A stretch of 64,000 nt of DNA from assembly GCA_041393965.1 (NCBI GenBank), contig JAWKJB010000003.1:261676-325675 (forward strand). Reading direction: 5' to 3'. Origin of the DNA: Acidimicrobiia bacterium (GTDB lineage: Bacteria > Actinomycetota > Acidimicrobiia > Spongiisociales > UBA5794). Shown here piece by piece: positions 1 to 10,175 of this stretch. The stretch's first letter is position 1. Every line of letters starts with the position of its first letter. The translations under genes were made by a program, and so were the position numbers. The notes below the pieces were generated by a model that saw only the letters and a list, made by a program, of their open reading frames with translations, was not told the origin of the DNA and ran no database searches.

Positions 1-2
1 TG

Positions 3-1781
3 TCGAACGGCCACGGGTCGATGCTCCTGTACGCCCTGTTGCACCTTTCGGGGTTCCCCCTGACGATGGACGACATCCGCGCCTTCCGCCAATGGGGCTC
101 GGAAACGGCCGGTCATCCCGAGGCCAACCACGCGATCGGCATCGAGACGACCACCGGCCCACTCGGGCAGGGAATCGGTACGGCCGTGGGCATGGCGATC
201 GCCGAGGAGCACCTGAGGGCGATCCACGGCTCGGATCTGGTTGACCACCGCACTTGGGTCTTCGCCGGAGATGGCGACCTCATGGAGGGTGTCTCCTCGG
301 AGGCTGCCTCCCTCGCCGGCCACCTCGGCTTGGGGAAGCTGACCATCCTGTACGACGACAACTCGATCACCATCGACGGGGCGACCGACCTGTCGTTCTC
401 GGAGGATGTCCCGGCTCGATTCGGTGCATACGGCTGGCACACCCTCGCCGTCGACGGGCACGACCGGGCTGCCGTCGCGGATGCCATCGACGCCGCGATT
501 GCCGAACCCGGGCGGCCAACCATGATCGCATGCAAGACCCACATTGGCTTCGGAGCGCCGACCAAGGCCGACACGGCGGCGGCTCACGGTTCCCCGCTCG
601 GACCGGATGAGATCACTGCCACCAAGGAGGCGATGGGTTGGACCCTTCCGGAGTTCGATGTGCCCCAGGAGGTCCATGAGCATTTTGCACGCGCCATGGC
701 GCGCGGCGCAGCGCAGCACCGCTCATGGAGATCGCGACGCGACGCGCTCGACGGCGAGGCACGCTCGGCGTGGGACGCATCGTGGCAGCCGGGGCCCGTC
801 AGCCTCCACGCGCCGGATTCTGAGCCCGGCACCTCGGTTGCGACGCGCAAGCTCTCCCACGCGGTGATCCAGGATCTCGGGAAGAAGCGTCCGGACCTGA
901 TGAGCATCTCCGGGGATCTTGCTCCTTCCACGAACAGCCTGTTCGACGATTCGTCGGACTTCTCGGTGACGAACCGTATCGGCCGCAACATCCGTGCAGG
1001 CATTCGCGAACATGCAATGGGTGCTGCCATCAACGGGCTGACGCAACACGGCGGCGTCAGGCCCTTCGGTGGGACCTTTCTGACCTTCAGCGACTACATG
1101 CGGCCCGCGGTTCGCCTTGCTGCGTTGATGGGCCTCCCTTCGGTGTTCGTGTGGACGCACGACTCGATTTTTCTCGGTGAGGACGGCCCGACCCACCAGC
1201 CGATCGAGCACCTTGCGGCGCTCCGTGCGATGCCGGGGCTGTTCGTGTGGCGGCCGGCGGACCCGACCGAGACCGCGGTAGCGTGGCAGGAGGCGATCAA
1301 TCGGACGGATGGGCCGACCGCGATCGTCCTCACGAGGCAGGGAATCGAGGTTCCCGCAGATCCGTCGGATCCGGCCGCGGCGGCGCGCGGTGGCCACATT
1401 CGTCGTGTCGGCGACGACCTCGTGCTGGTCGCCACGGGATCCGAGGTGCCTCTTGCCGTCGCGACGGCCGACCTGCTCGCCGCAGACGACCTGTCGGTTC
1501 GTGTGGTGTCGATGCCGTGTGTCGAACGATTCCTTCGCCAGCCCGACACCTACCGCGCCGAGGTGCTTGGTGAGGGCCTTCCGGTCTTCACGCTTGAGGC
1601 GGCAGCCACATTGGGCTGGGACCGATTCGTTGCCAACGGCGGAACTTCGATCGGTATCGACTCGTATGGGGCGTCGGCGCCCGCAGCCGTCCTCGCCGAC
1701 AAGTTCGGCTTCACGCCGGAGAGGGTTGCCGCCACGATTCGGGCGGCGCAAACGGAGATTCAAGCAAAGGAGCCACGATGA
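3..1781 (+). CDS. tkt: Transketolase (5'-truncated by window edge)
   Basis: Frame is open from base 3 ([10 protein letters not shown]). Contains TTGPLGQG, the TPP-binding motif GDGDLMEG...[16 protein letters not shown] and [11 protein letters not shown]. Confidence 0.97.
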   Translation, partial: SNGHGSMLLYALLHLSGFPLTMDDIRAFRQWGSETAGHPEANHAIGIETTTGPLGQGIGTAVGMAIAEEHLRAIHGSDLVDHRTWVFAGDGDLMEGVSSEAASLAGHLGLGKLTILYDDNSITIDGATDLSFSEDVPARFGAYGWHTLAVDGHDRAAVADAIDAAIAEPGRPTMIACKTHIGFGAPTKADTAAAHGSPLGPDEITATKEAMGWTLPEFDVPQEVHEHFARAMARGAAQHRSWRSRRDALDGEARSAWDASWQPGPVSLHAPDSEPGTSVATRKLSHAVIQDLGKKRPDLMSISGDLAPSTNSLFDDSSDFSVTNRIGRNIRAGIREHAMGAAINGLTQHGGVRPFGGTFLTFSDYMRPAVRLAALMGLPSVFVWTHDSIFLGEDGPTHQPIEHLAALRAMPGLFVWRPADPTETAVAWQEAINRTDGPTAIVLTRQGIEVPADPSDPAAAARGGHIRRVGDDLVLVATGSEVPLAVATADLLAADDLSVRVVSMPCVERFLRQPDTYRAEVLGEGLPVFTLEAAATLGWDRFVANGGTSIGIDSYGASAPAAVLADKFGFTPERVAATIRAAQTEIQAKEPR

Positions 1782-3205
1782 TCGACATTGCCCACGCGAG
1801 CGAGCTGGACACCACGGTTGATGTGGCGGTGGTCCCGGTTCTGGCCGGTGTGGTGCCCATCGACGGTGATCCGTTCGTCCCGGATCTCGGAGCCCTCGGT
1901 TCCATGCTCGAGGCGCGGGACTTCACCGGGAAGGCAGGTCAGTGCGTCTTCGTTCCGAGCGGTACGGCGGCGCCAGAGACCCTGCTCGTCGGATTGGGCG
2001 ACGATGTGGACCTCGAAACACTCCGCAGGGCAGCGGGATCGGCGGCGAAGGCCATCGGCGGCTATACGACCTGTGTTACGACCATGCATCGGGTAGGCCT
2101 TGATGGGGCGGCGGGGGCCGTCGCGATGGGCTTCTGGCTGGGTGCGTACTCGTTCGACGAGTACAAGTCGGAGCCGAAGGCCCGTGCCCTCGCGCGGATC
2201 ACGCTTGTCGGCGGCGACGATGTCACCGACGAACTGATGCACGCCAAGGTGGTCTCCGAAGGTGTCGTGCTCGCACGAGATCTGGTGAATCGTCCCGCAA
2301 TCGACAAGGCTCCTGCGGTACTCGCCGACATCGCAACCGGGCTGGCAGACAACATCACGGTGACGGTCCACGACGAGGAGGCGATCGCCGAAGCCGGTTT
2401 CGGCGGTCTGATAGGGGTCAATCGGGGAGCGGATCGACCTGCCCGGATGGTGGTGATGGAGTATCGCCCGCAGCATGCGGCAAAGACGGTCGCCTTCGTC
2501 GGGAAGGGAATCGTCTTCGACTCGGGCGGGCTTTCGATCAAGACCGCAGCGGGCATGGAGACCATGAAGACCGACATGGCGGGTGCAGCAGCCGTCTTCG
2601 GGGCGATTCGTGCGATCGCCCGCATGGGGCTGCCGGTCAATGTCGTGGGGATCACACCCCTCACGGAGAACCTCACGGGGGGGTCCGCCCAGCGTCCCGG
2701 CGATGTGCTGACTGCCTACAACGGTAAGACGATCGAAGTGCTCAACACTGACGCCGAAGGGCGGCTCGTCCTCGCCGATGGCCTCTCGCTTGCAGCCGAG
2801 ATGGGGCCCGATCTCATCGTCGACATCGCGACCCTGACAGGTGCGTGCAAGGTGGCGCTCGGCCCGACGATCGGGGGCTTCCTCACCGACGACGAGGAGG
2901 CCGCGAACACCGTGGCCGCCGCGGCACAGGCAGCGGGGGAGAAGCTGTGGCGGCTCCCCCTCGAGTCCGAGTACGCCGCGTTGATCGAAAGCGATGTCGC
3001 CGACATGAAGAACACGGGAGGACGATGGGGCGGGACGATCACCGCCGCGCTGTTGCTGCGCGAGTTCACGGGCGAGGTTCCGTGGGTGCACCTCGATGTC
3101 GCAGGACCGGCGAGGGCCGACAAAGCCGAGCACTATGTCTCCAAGGGAGGCTCCGGCTTCGGCGTCCGCACCCTCGTCGCGATTGCGGAAGGGCTCGCTC
3201 GCTGA
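1778..3205 (+). CDS. pepA: Leucyl aminopeptidase (M17)
   Basis: [18 protein letters not shown] and [12 protein letters not shown] motifs. ATGA overlap with the tkt stop. Confidence 0.96.
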   Translation: MIDIAHASELDTTVDVAVVPVLAGVVPIDGDPFVPDLGALGSMLEARDFTGKAGQCVFVPSGTAAPETLLVGLGDDVDLETLRRAAGSAAKAIGGYTTCVTTMHRVGLDGAAGAVAMGFWLGAYSFDEYKSEPKARALARITLVGGDDVTDELMHAKVVSEGVVLARDLVNRPAIDKAPAVLADIATGLADNITVTVHDEEAIAEAGFGGLIGVNRGADRPARMVVMEYRPQHAAKTVAFVGKGIVFDSGGLSIKTAAGMETMKTDMAGAAAVFGAIRAIARMGLPVNVVGITPLTENLTGGSAQRPGDVLTAYNGKTIEVLNTDAEGRLVLADGLSLAAEMGPDLIVDIATLTGACKVALGPTIGGFLTDDEEAANTVAAAAQAAGEKLWRLPLESEYAALIESDVADMKNTGGRWGGTITAALLLREFTGEVPWVHLDVAGPARADKAEHYVSKGGSGFGVRTLVAIAEGLAR

Positions 3206-3490
3206 GTCCAGTGGTCGAGCGACCAGATTTCGGCTTCGATTCCCGATCCTGTTCTTCCAACGAGCGGAGAGTGTCCGTTCATCGTGGTCACCTTTCCACT
3301 TCCGTGGATCCGACTCACCCAGCGGGTGGACCACGATCCGGAGCTGATGGCAACTGCAACTTCGGCACGCGCGGCTCGCAGATCACGATGATCGTTGGGT
3401 GAAGTCGAATCGGGCACCGGTGTTAATCGCGAATTTGAAGAATTCCTCCGTACTGCGTATTCCACCCCAAATGACCACGCCGGGCATGCG
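3205..3490 (-). pseudogene. Possible degraded SnoaL/NTF2-like (ester cyclase-like) fragment
   Basis: Two minus frames read PGVVIWGGIRSTEEFFKFA and DLRAARAEVAVAISSGSWSTRWVSRIH-GKVTTMNGHS-GIEAEIWSLD, which resemble the SnoaL fold pattern. No intact ORF. Resemblance by eye only. Confidence 0.2.
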
Positions 3491-3628
3491 GGTTGGTTTG
3501 GAGAGTGATCCCGGATGCCCGGATCGGCGCGGCGGGGCTTGACAGGGGGGGGTCCTTGAGAGAATGGAGCGCGGCCCTGCTGTCTTGGCCCGATGCGCGT
3601 CAAGGTGCAGCGGAAGGAGGACCGTCGT

Positions 3629-4699
3629 GTGATGGGTTGGAGCGTTGCGACTCGCAGATTCATGATTCTGGCCATAGCGATTCTGTTGACAAGCAGCGGG
3701 CTGGTGGCGCCCGCGGCGGCCAATCATCGGGAGAACCAGCGCCATTGGCCACTCCTGCAATACAACCACCGCGGCGAGGATGTTGTGGCCGCCCAGCATC
3801 TTCTCAACGGGTGGTCGAGTTCGCCGATCACCGTCGATGGCGTGTTCGGAAGCAACACACAAAACTCCGTCTCCGGCTTTCAAGCATCGCGGGGCCTCAC
3901 TGCATCTGGTCGCATCGATGCCGCGACATGGGGTCGTCTCGCACCGACGATGTCACAGGGGTACCCAATAGCGGCACATGTGAAGGCACTTCAGCACCTG
4001 CTGAACAAGAAGCGCGGTGCCGGCTTGACTGTTGACGGAGTGTTCGGACCAGCCACCCGATCGTCCGTACTCGCATTTCAGCAGCATACTGGTCTCGTCC
4101 AAGATGGGATTGTTGGAGACAACACCTGGAAGGCCCTTGCATGGCACTACATCCAGATGCAGGGCTCGATGCCGAACCTCTGCGAGATCGGATCTCAAGA
4201 CAGCCAAGAGTGGGGGCACGCATCCACGGTGGGTGCCGTGGTCAAGGCCGCTTACTACTTCGACCTCGAGTTCTTCGAGGAACTGCCATTCTGGGACACC
4301 TCGGTGGAGCACGGCTACGAGATTTCCGGGCACAGCAGCCACGAGGTCGGTCTCGATGTGGATATCGGCATCATCCTCGACAGCGGAGAGCATTGCACCG
4401 GAGGAAACCCCGGACGCGGTACGGGGTACACAAGCGGATGGTACAACCTCACTGGAATGGCAGAGCTCATCGACGCCCTCAAACGCGGAGCCGACTTCGG
4501 ATCCAATGGGATGATCTCCGTGATGTACTTCAATGACCCGTTCTTCTATCAGAGTGATCCGCTCGTGCGATACGCAACCAGCCACCACCACCATGTCCAT
4601 GTGCGCTACTGTATGACAACCGACACAACGACCCAGCGACCCCACCATCACTCGGCCAACTGGGACTCGGGAAACCCGCAGTATGGAGGATGCAGCTGA
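3629..4699 (+). CDS. Secreted peptidoglycan hydrolase: two PG-binding domains plus a C-terminal MepA-like (LAS) Zn peptidase
   Basis: AAGGAGG RBS at 3614-3620 before a GTG. Signal peptide ending PAAA. Two 'VDGVFG-T-V-FQ-GL-G--TW' repeats. SHEVGLDVD (H-x6-D) and HVH Zn-ligand motifs. Confidence 0.75.
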   Translation: MMGWSVATRRFMILAIAILLTSSGLVAPAAANHRENQRHWPLLQYNHRGEDVVAAQHLLNGWSSSPITVDGVFGSNTQNSVSGFQASRGLTASGRIDAATWGRLAPTMSQGYPIAAHVKALQHLLNKKRGAGLTVDGVFGPATRSSVLAFQQHTGLVQDGIVGDNTWKALAWHYIQMQGSMPNLCEIGSQDSQEWGHASTVGAVVKAAYYFDLEFFEELPFWDTSVEHGYEISGHSSHEVGLDVDIGIILDSGEHCTGGNPGRGTGYTSGWYNLTGMAELIDALKRGADFGSNGMISVMYFNDPFFYQSDPLVRYATSHHHHVHVRYCMTTDTTTQRPHHHSANWDSGNPQYGGCS

Positions 4700-5838
4700 T
4701 GCGTGTCTCCATCCGATTCGCCGCCATCGCCCCTCTGCTGGCTTTCGCCGTTGTTGCATCTGGGTGCGGTGCACAATCGGATACCCAACAGGCCACCACG
4801 GATCCGTCCGCAACGGTGACGGTCGGGGAAAGCATCGTCTCCACTACGACGACAGCGCCGCTCCCGATGACTCCACGCCTGAAGGGAGATTCGCACCGAG
4901 ACCGCGTGAGCGGGTTCGTTTCATCGGGTGTGGAATCGGAGGAAGGCATCGTGAGTCTGCTGATCTCAGACGACGGAGATATTCGAGTGATGGAGTTCGC
5001 GCGAGATGATGCATTCCATGTCCTCTACGACGCCCAGGCTCTCCGCCTTGAGTCATCAAGCGAGCTCGGCATTGTTGTCAATACGGGCGCCCTCCCGGGT
5101 GGCCCGGACCGACCCAACCCATTCCTGCGCGAACAGCGGTATGCCCAGTCGGTCGCCGCCCTCGCTATCGAGCGTGGGGATGGAGAAATGGTCAAAGGCG
5201 ATACGGCGGTGCGGGTGGTCACGATGCTGCCTCAGGATCCGGAAACGGGGTTGACAACGATTCGGGACATGGTCGTCGATGTCGGCAACGGCATGGTGCT
5301 GCGATTCGTTGAGTATCAACCGGGAATGGACCCGCCGGTTGGTATGGGCTCGGCTGCCCGAACCAAGGACATCTCCACTTCGGAGTTCGCGACGACTGCG
5401 GCACCCACCTCGGAGCTCGATCTCGGTTTCGAGCTCGTGGACTCGATCGACGAGGCTGCTACCAGGGCGGGGTTCTCGGTTGAGATTCCTGATCTCCCAT
5501 CGGGGTTCGACCTTGTGCAGGTCGCGTTTGCACCGGCACCCGTATCCGATGTGTCCGGGAGCAAGAATGTGGTTGCACTCGTCTTCAGGAAGGCAGCTTG
5601 GGAGATCGTCGTGACATATCGGGACGCAGCAACACGCGGGGTGTGGACGGATCCCTACCCGTGGGACGGCTATGGGACGCATATCGAGCGACATGGTTCC
5701 TTTGAGGTGGTCACCGGTGGAGCTGTGAACCATGCTTGGGGGGTTGTCGGCGACCGGGTCGTCACGATTGGTGGAGGCGTCGGCGTACCAGATCTTGTGC
5801 GCGCCATACAGAGCCTGGATGAGGAACCAGGGGCGTAG
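4699..5838 (+). CDS. Lipoprotein of unknown function (LolA/RseB-like N-part, DUF4367-like C-part)
   Basis: Lipobox VASG|C and a Thr-rich tether. TGATG overlap with the upstream peptidase stop, with GGAGG at 4685-4689. Domain calls are by resemblance only. Confidence 0.6.
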   Translation: MRVSIRFAAIAPLLAFAVVASGCGAQSDTQQATTDPSATVTVGESIVSTTTTAPLPMTPRLKGDSHRDRVSGFVSSGVESEEGIVSLLISDDGDIRVMEFARDDAFHVLYDAQALRLESSSELGIVVNTGALPGGPDRPNPFLREQRYAQSVAALAIERGDGEMVKGDTAVRVVTMLPQDPETGLTTIRDMVVDVGNGMVLRFVEYQPGMDPPVGMGSAARTKDISTSEFATTAAPTSELDLGFELVDSIDEAATRAGFSVEIPDLPSGFDLVQVAFAPAPVSDVSGSKNVVALVFRKAAWEIVVTYRDAATRGVWTDPYPWDGYGTHIERHGSFEVVTGGAVNHAWGVVGDRVVTIGGGVGVPDLVRAIQSLDEEPGA

Positions 5839-5943
5839 CTCTCAGAATCACGAGTCCTCAGGTGAGGAATCGCTCAGGGTATCCGCGTCTAGGCCCGATA
5901 CAGAGAGAAGTCAATCAACTGCTTTCTGTAAGGGGTCTTCTCG

Positions 5944-6672
5944 ATGCGGGCTGCACGCCGATCGGTCGTTCTCGCCACGGTCACGGCCATGTTCGTCGCC
6001 ATCATGGCGATACCGGCTGTGGCGGGATCGGCGGGTCAGTTCCTTTCCAAGATCAACGCTTCTCGGTCTGCAGCGGGGCTGGCGCCGCTCGAGGGCTACT
6101 GGGATCTCGCCGATGATGCACGGGCCCATTCGAACCTGATGGCCGACCGGGGCGAGCTCTTCCACAGCTCGAACCTCGGGAGTGTGACGACCGGCTGGGA
6201 GCGGCTCGGGGAGAATGTAGGTGTCGGACTCGATGTGGCGTCCCTCCACGATGCGTTCATGGCCTCGTCTGGCCACCGCAAGAACATCCTCGGTGACTAC
6301 AACTACGCCGGTGTCGGAGTGACCGTCGACGACGAGGGGTTCATGTGGGTCACCGTGATCTTCATGAAGGCCGCACCCGGATTGAACGATCCCGAGGAGA
6401 CGACGACCACGACGGCGCCACCGGCAACGACCACGACGACGACCACGACGACGGCGCCACCGGCAACGACCACGACAACGGCGCCACCGGCAACGACCAC
6501 GACAACGGCGCCACCGGCAACGACCACGACCACAACGCAACCCCCGACGACCACCACGGTGTATCGCAGCGCTGACGGTGTTCCCGGCGAGGATGCGATG
6601 GCTGCACAGCTCGAACTCATCGCTCGCTACCCGAGATTCGGCAATCCGTCCCCCGTCGCCCTGATCGATTGA
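5944..6672 (+). CDS. Secreted CAP (SCP) domain protein with Thr/Pro-rich repeat tail
   Basis: Signal peptide. INASRSAAGLAPL, GENVG and SSGHRKNIL-YNYAGVGV are CAP motifs. Confidence 0.88.
   Translation: MRAARRSVVLATVTAMFVAIMAIPAVAGSAGQFLSKINASRSAAGLAPLEGYWDLADDARAHSNLMADRGELFHSSNLGSVTTGWERLGENVGVGLDVASLHDAFMASSGHRKNILGDYNYAGVGVTVDDEGFMWVTVIFMKAAPGLNDPEETTTTTAPPATTTTTTTTTAPPATTTTTAPPATTTTTAPPATTTTTTQPPTTTTVYRSADGVPGEDAMAAQLELIARYPRFGNPSPVALID
6412..6531 (+). repeat. Coding tandem repeat, four copies of ACGGCGCCACCGGCAACGACCACG (TAPPATT)
   Basis: Copies start at 6412, 6451, 6478 and 6505 (spacing 39, 27, 27). Confidence 0.9.
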
Positions 6673-6684
6673 TGGTTCCTCGCG

Positions 6685-7746
6685 CTATGAGCGCCCGGAA
6701 CAGTCGATGCAGTCAGATCGCTTGGCAACCGAGACGCGATCGAAGCGTCCGGTCCGTGCGTCGTACATGGTGAGGGACCCGAAAAGCCTGTGGTCGACGC
6801 CCGCAGCGATCTGGAGTGCCGCGGCCGCTTGGAGAGATCCGATCACCCCGGTCACCGCCCCGAGGATCCCAACGGTCGAGCAGTCCAGCACCGAGTCGGG
6901 GCTTGGGCCGAAGGGAAACAGGCAGCGGTAACACGGGCCGGTCGACGCGTCGAAGGCCGCGAACTGGCCCTCAAAGGCATATACCGAGCCGTAGATCAGT
7001 GGGATCCCGTTCCGTGCGGTGGCACGGTTCAGCGCATACCGCACGGCGAAGTTGTCCGTTGCGTCGATGATCACATCGCTGCCACCGATGATCTCGTCGG
7101 CATTGTCGCCAGAGACGAGCTCGCGCATCGTCGAGATGGTGACGAGCGGATTGAGATGGGACAGAGCCGTCGCAGCAGCGTCGACCTTCGCGGTTCCGAC
7201 ATCGGCACTTGTGTACAGCGGCTGGCGTTGCAGATTCGACAGCTCGACGACATCGTGATCGACGATGGTCACCGCACCGACTCCTGCCGTCACCAGATAG
7301 CTCAACGCAGGACACCCCAACCCTCCGGCACCGACAACGGTGACGGTCGCTGCACCGAGCGCCCGCTGTCCATCGACTCCGAACCCGGTCAGACGGATCT
7401 GGCGGTCGAAGCGTTCGATCGCCTCCTGCGAGAGTCCGGCAGGGCCCGCTGCGGCGCGAAGACGCCGCAGCTCGTCGGCACCGCCCGCGAGCGATGTCGC
7501 CGTGACGCCGTTTGAGCGTAGGGCGGCCACCGCAACCCTCGATCGCACGCCGATGTCACACACGACGAGAACCCGCTGAAGGGGTTGCACGAACGAGAGC
7601 GGATCAGCGGTCAGGTCGTCGAGATCGATGATCTCGGCTGCGGGGAATGCGGGGTCATTGTCGCGCCCGTGCCGGATGTCGAAGATGCGGTCGTACCCAT
7701 CCGGGTTGACATCCGCCGCTGCGATCTCGATCGGCACATCCGTCAT
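6685..7746 (-). CDS. moeB: ThiF/MoeB adenylyltransferase with N-terminal rhodanese domain
   Basis: VCDIGVRS rhodanese loop. RFDRQIRL, VGAGGLG, D-D-VELSNLQRQ, and CYRC plus CIDC Zn motifs. Confidence 0.85.
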   Translation of the reverse strand: MTDVPIEIAAADVNPDGYDRIFDIRHGRDNDPAFPAAEIIDLDDLTADPLSFVQPLQRVLVVCDIGVRSRVAVAALRSNGVTATSLAGGADELRRLRAAAGPAGLSQEAIERFDRQIRLTGFGVDGQRALGAATVTVVGAGGLGCPALSYLVTAGVGAVTIVDHDVVELSNLQRQPLYTSADVGTAKVDAAATALSHLNPLVTISTMRELVSGDNADEIIGGSDVIIDATDNFAVRYALNRATARNGIPLIYGSVYAFEGQFAAFDASTGPCYRCLFPFGPSPDSVLDCSTVGILGAVTGVIGSLQAAAALQIAAGVDHRLFGSLTMYDARTGRFDRVSVAKRSDCIDCSGRS

Positions 7747-7758
7747 GTCGATCGGAGG

Positions 7759-8220
7759 CTAACGGGCCGCGAACCCCTTCCCGGAGGTTGTGCCGACGAG
7801 CTCGCGGCGCAGCGCAGGGGCGAGGCGCGCCGCGAGCGGCGCAGGAATCGGCGGGATGCGATCCGGCACCGAGATCCTGCCTGAGGTGATCCGAACGAGG
7901 CGCTCCCGCAGCAATGAGGGCAGGTAGACCGGCAGTGGGAGGGGACGGCCGCGTTGTGCAGCAGCGGCGAGTCGGAGCAGGTCGGCGACCGCCCCCGGAC
8001 CGAGCACAGCAACCCAATACCGTCTGACATACGGGTCGGTGAGTGGGTACCACGACGGATCGCCGATCTCGGTGACGGGACGCACGAGGGGCCGCAAGCG
8101 GGCGGTCCGTCGTGGAAGGTCCGAGACGCCCGGGAGCGGTGATCGTTTCCCGTCGCAGGGAGGACGGACTCGACGGGGCGAATTCCCGGACGCCTTCGGA
8201 CTGATCGTGCTGCGGTCCAT
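7759..8220 (-). CDS. Hypothetical protein (YVRRYWVAVLGPGA motif, possible winged helix)
   Basis: 153-aa ORF ending 12 nt before the moeB start on the same strand, with an AT-rich promoter-like region upstream. Confidence 0.6.
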   Translation of the reverse strand: MDRSTISPKASGNSPRRVRPPCDGKRSPLPGVSDLPRRTARLRPLVRPVTEIGDPSWYPLTDPYVRRYWVAVLGPGAVADLLRLAAAAQRGRPLPLPVYLPSLLRERLVRITSGRISVPDRIPPIPAPLAARLAPALRRELVGTTSGKGFAAR

Positions 8221-8226
8221 ACCCTA

Positions 8227-8236
8227 TTGATATCAA
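8227..8236. promoter_or_regulatory. Perfect palindrome TTGATATCAA, putative operator
   Basis: Lies in an AT-rich stretch 6 nt upstream of the 8220 start codon. Confidence 0.45.
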
Positions 8237-8300
8237 ATACACATAACTGAGCACAAGTAGCATCAGAAAGATGCGCGAAAAGTCCCGATGTCCGAGCCCG

Positions 8301-10106
8301 TCAGGTCGGGTGGTCCGTCGCCAACTCGGCACCGGTTTGCACGGCCCACAGCGTTGCGTAGATACCCCCGGCGTTCACGAGCTCGGTGTGGGTTCCAACC
8401 TCGGCGATCGAACCGCCGTCGAGGACATAGATGCGGTCGGCGTTGCGGATCGTCGATAGGCGATGCGCGATGACGAGCATGGTCCGCTGGTGGCTGATGC
8501 GAGCAAGGGATCGCTGGATCGCTGCTTCGGTCTCGTTGTCGACTGCCGAGGTGGCCTCGTCGAGGATGAGGATGGGGGAATCCGTGAGGAGGGCCCGCGC
8601 GATCGACAGACGCTGGCGTTGACCGCCTGACAGCTTCTGCCCGCGTTCGCCGACGATCGTGTCGTATCCGTTCGGGAGCAGCTGGATGAACTGATGCGCT
8701 TCGGCCATCTCGGCGGCTGTGACGACCTCGTCGCGGGTGGCGTTCGCGACGCCGTACGCGATGTTCTCCGCAACGGTGCCGTGAAAGAGGAACACATCCT
8801 GGCTCACCAATGCCATCGATTGGCGCAGATGCGCGCGCTCAAGGGTGCGGAGGTCGTTCCCGTCGAGCGTGATGGTCCCGGCGTCGGGATCGTAGAACCG
8901 AAGCAGGAGCTTGACAATCGTCGTCTTTCCCGAACCCGTCGCCCCGACAAAGGCCGTGGTCTCGGTTGGGTCCACGCTGAGCGTGAGACCCGACAACACC
9001 GGAAATCCCTCGTCGTAGCTGAAGGTCACATCATCGAACTCGATGCGCCCCTTGGTGTCGGAGGGGTCGATCCGGACGGGCCCGTCGACGATGGTCGGCT
9101 CGGTATGGAGGACATCGAAGATGCGGTTGGTTGACGCCATTGCCCGCTGATACAGATCGACCGTCTGGCCGAGCCGGGTGAGGGGCCACAGCAGCCTCTG
9201 TGTCAGGAAGACCATCACCGAGTAGAGGCCCACATTGAGCTGACCGTCGAGTGCGAGGAAGCCACCCCACACGAGCGTCGCGCTGAATCCCACGAGGATT
9301 GCAACGCGAATGAGCGGGGTGAATGCCGATGACAAGCGGATGGCCGCCCGGTTGGCAACCCGATATTCCTCGGATGCTCCGGCGATGCGTTCGACTTCAC
9401 GCGCCTCTGCCGTGAAGGCCTTGATCGTGGTGATACCCCCGATGTTGTTCGCAAGCTGACTGTTGATGTCGGCCGCCTTTTCGCGGACGGTGGCATAGCG
9501 GGGTTCGATGCGTTCCTGGAACTTGAACGACCCCCACAGGATGACCGGGACCGGAAGGAAGGCGAGCCACGCGACGGACGGCGCGATGATGAAGAAGCTC
9601 AAACCGATGAGCACAACGGTGGTCAGGAGCTGGATGACCTCGTTGGCACCGATGTCGAGGAAGCGTTCGAGCTGGTTGACATCGTCGTTGAGGACCGCCA
9701 TGAGATCGCCGGTCGATCGATCCTCGAAGAAGGCAACATCGAGTTCCTGCATGTGGCTGTATGCGTCGATGCGAAGATCGTGCTGGATCGACTGTGCGAG
9801 GTTGCGCCACTCGATGCCAAGCAAGTACTCGAAGATCGACTCAAGCCCCCAAACGACGAAGGTCACGACCGCAATCGCGATGATCTGGTTCCGCTGCTCG
9901 GTGATCCCGAGGCGCCCCATCAGCGAGTCCGACCCGTTCACCACGACATCGATTGCCATACCGATGAGGAACGGTGGGGCGATGTCGACCGCCTTGTTCA
10001 GGAAGGACCACACGGTCGCGAGCACAATCCGCTTTCGGTACCCGGCGGCGTAGCGCCATAGACGGCGTAGCGGGGGTGCCGGTGTGGTCGCCGTCGTCAT
10101 CACCAA
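8301..10106 (-). CDS. ABC exporter, fused permease/ATPase (MsbA-like)
   Basis: Six-TM N-domain, Walker A GATGSGKT, signature [22 protein letters not shown]. Confidence 0.95.
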   Translation of the reverse strand: MVMTTATTPAPPLRRLWRYAAGYRKRIVLATVWSFLNKAVDIAPPFLIGMAIDVVVNGSDSLMGRLGITEQRNQIIAIAVVTFVVWGLESIFEYLLGIEWRNLAQSIQHDLRIDAYSHMQELDVAFFEDRSTGDLMAVLNDDVNQLERFLDIGANEVIQLLTTVVLIGLSFFIIAPSVAWLAFLPVPVILWGSFKFQERIEPRYATVREKAADINSQLANNIGGITTIKAFTAEAREVERIAGASEEYRVANRAAIRLSSAFTPLIRVAILVGFSATLVWGGFLALDGQLNVGLYSVMVFLTQRLLWPLTRLGQTVDLYQRAMASTNRIFDVLHTEPTIVDGPVRIDPSDTKGRIEFDDVTFSYDEGFPVLSGLTLSVDPTETTAFVGATGSGKTTIVKLLLRFYDPDAGTITLDGNDLRTLERAHLRQSMALVSQDVFLFHGTVAENIAYGVANATRDEVVTAAEMAEAHQFIQLLPNGYDTIVGERGQKLSGGQRQRLSIARALLTDSPILILDEATSAVDNETEAAIQRSLARISHQRTMLVIAHRLSTIRNADRIYVLDGGSIAEVGTHTELVNAGGIYATLWAVQTGAELATDHPT

Positions 10107-10175
10107 AGCGTAGGCAGAGGACAGGGACCATGGGGCGGTGCTCCGAGACGGGCCACGGATCGCACGGACCGCGGC

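Noticed and set aside
3539-3565. TTGACA...GAGAAT promoter for the peptidase gene
   Set aside because: The spacer is only 15 nt and the -10 is weak, so it is not supportable without TSS data.
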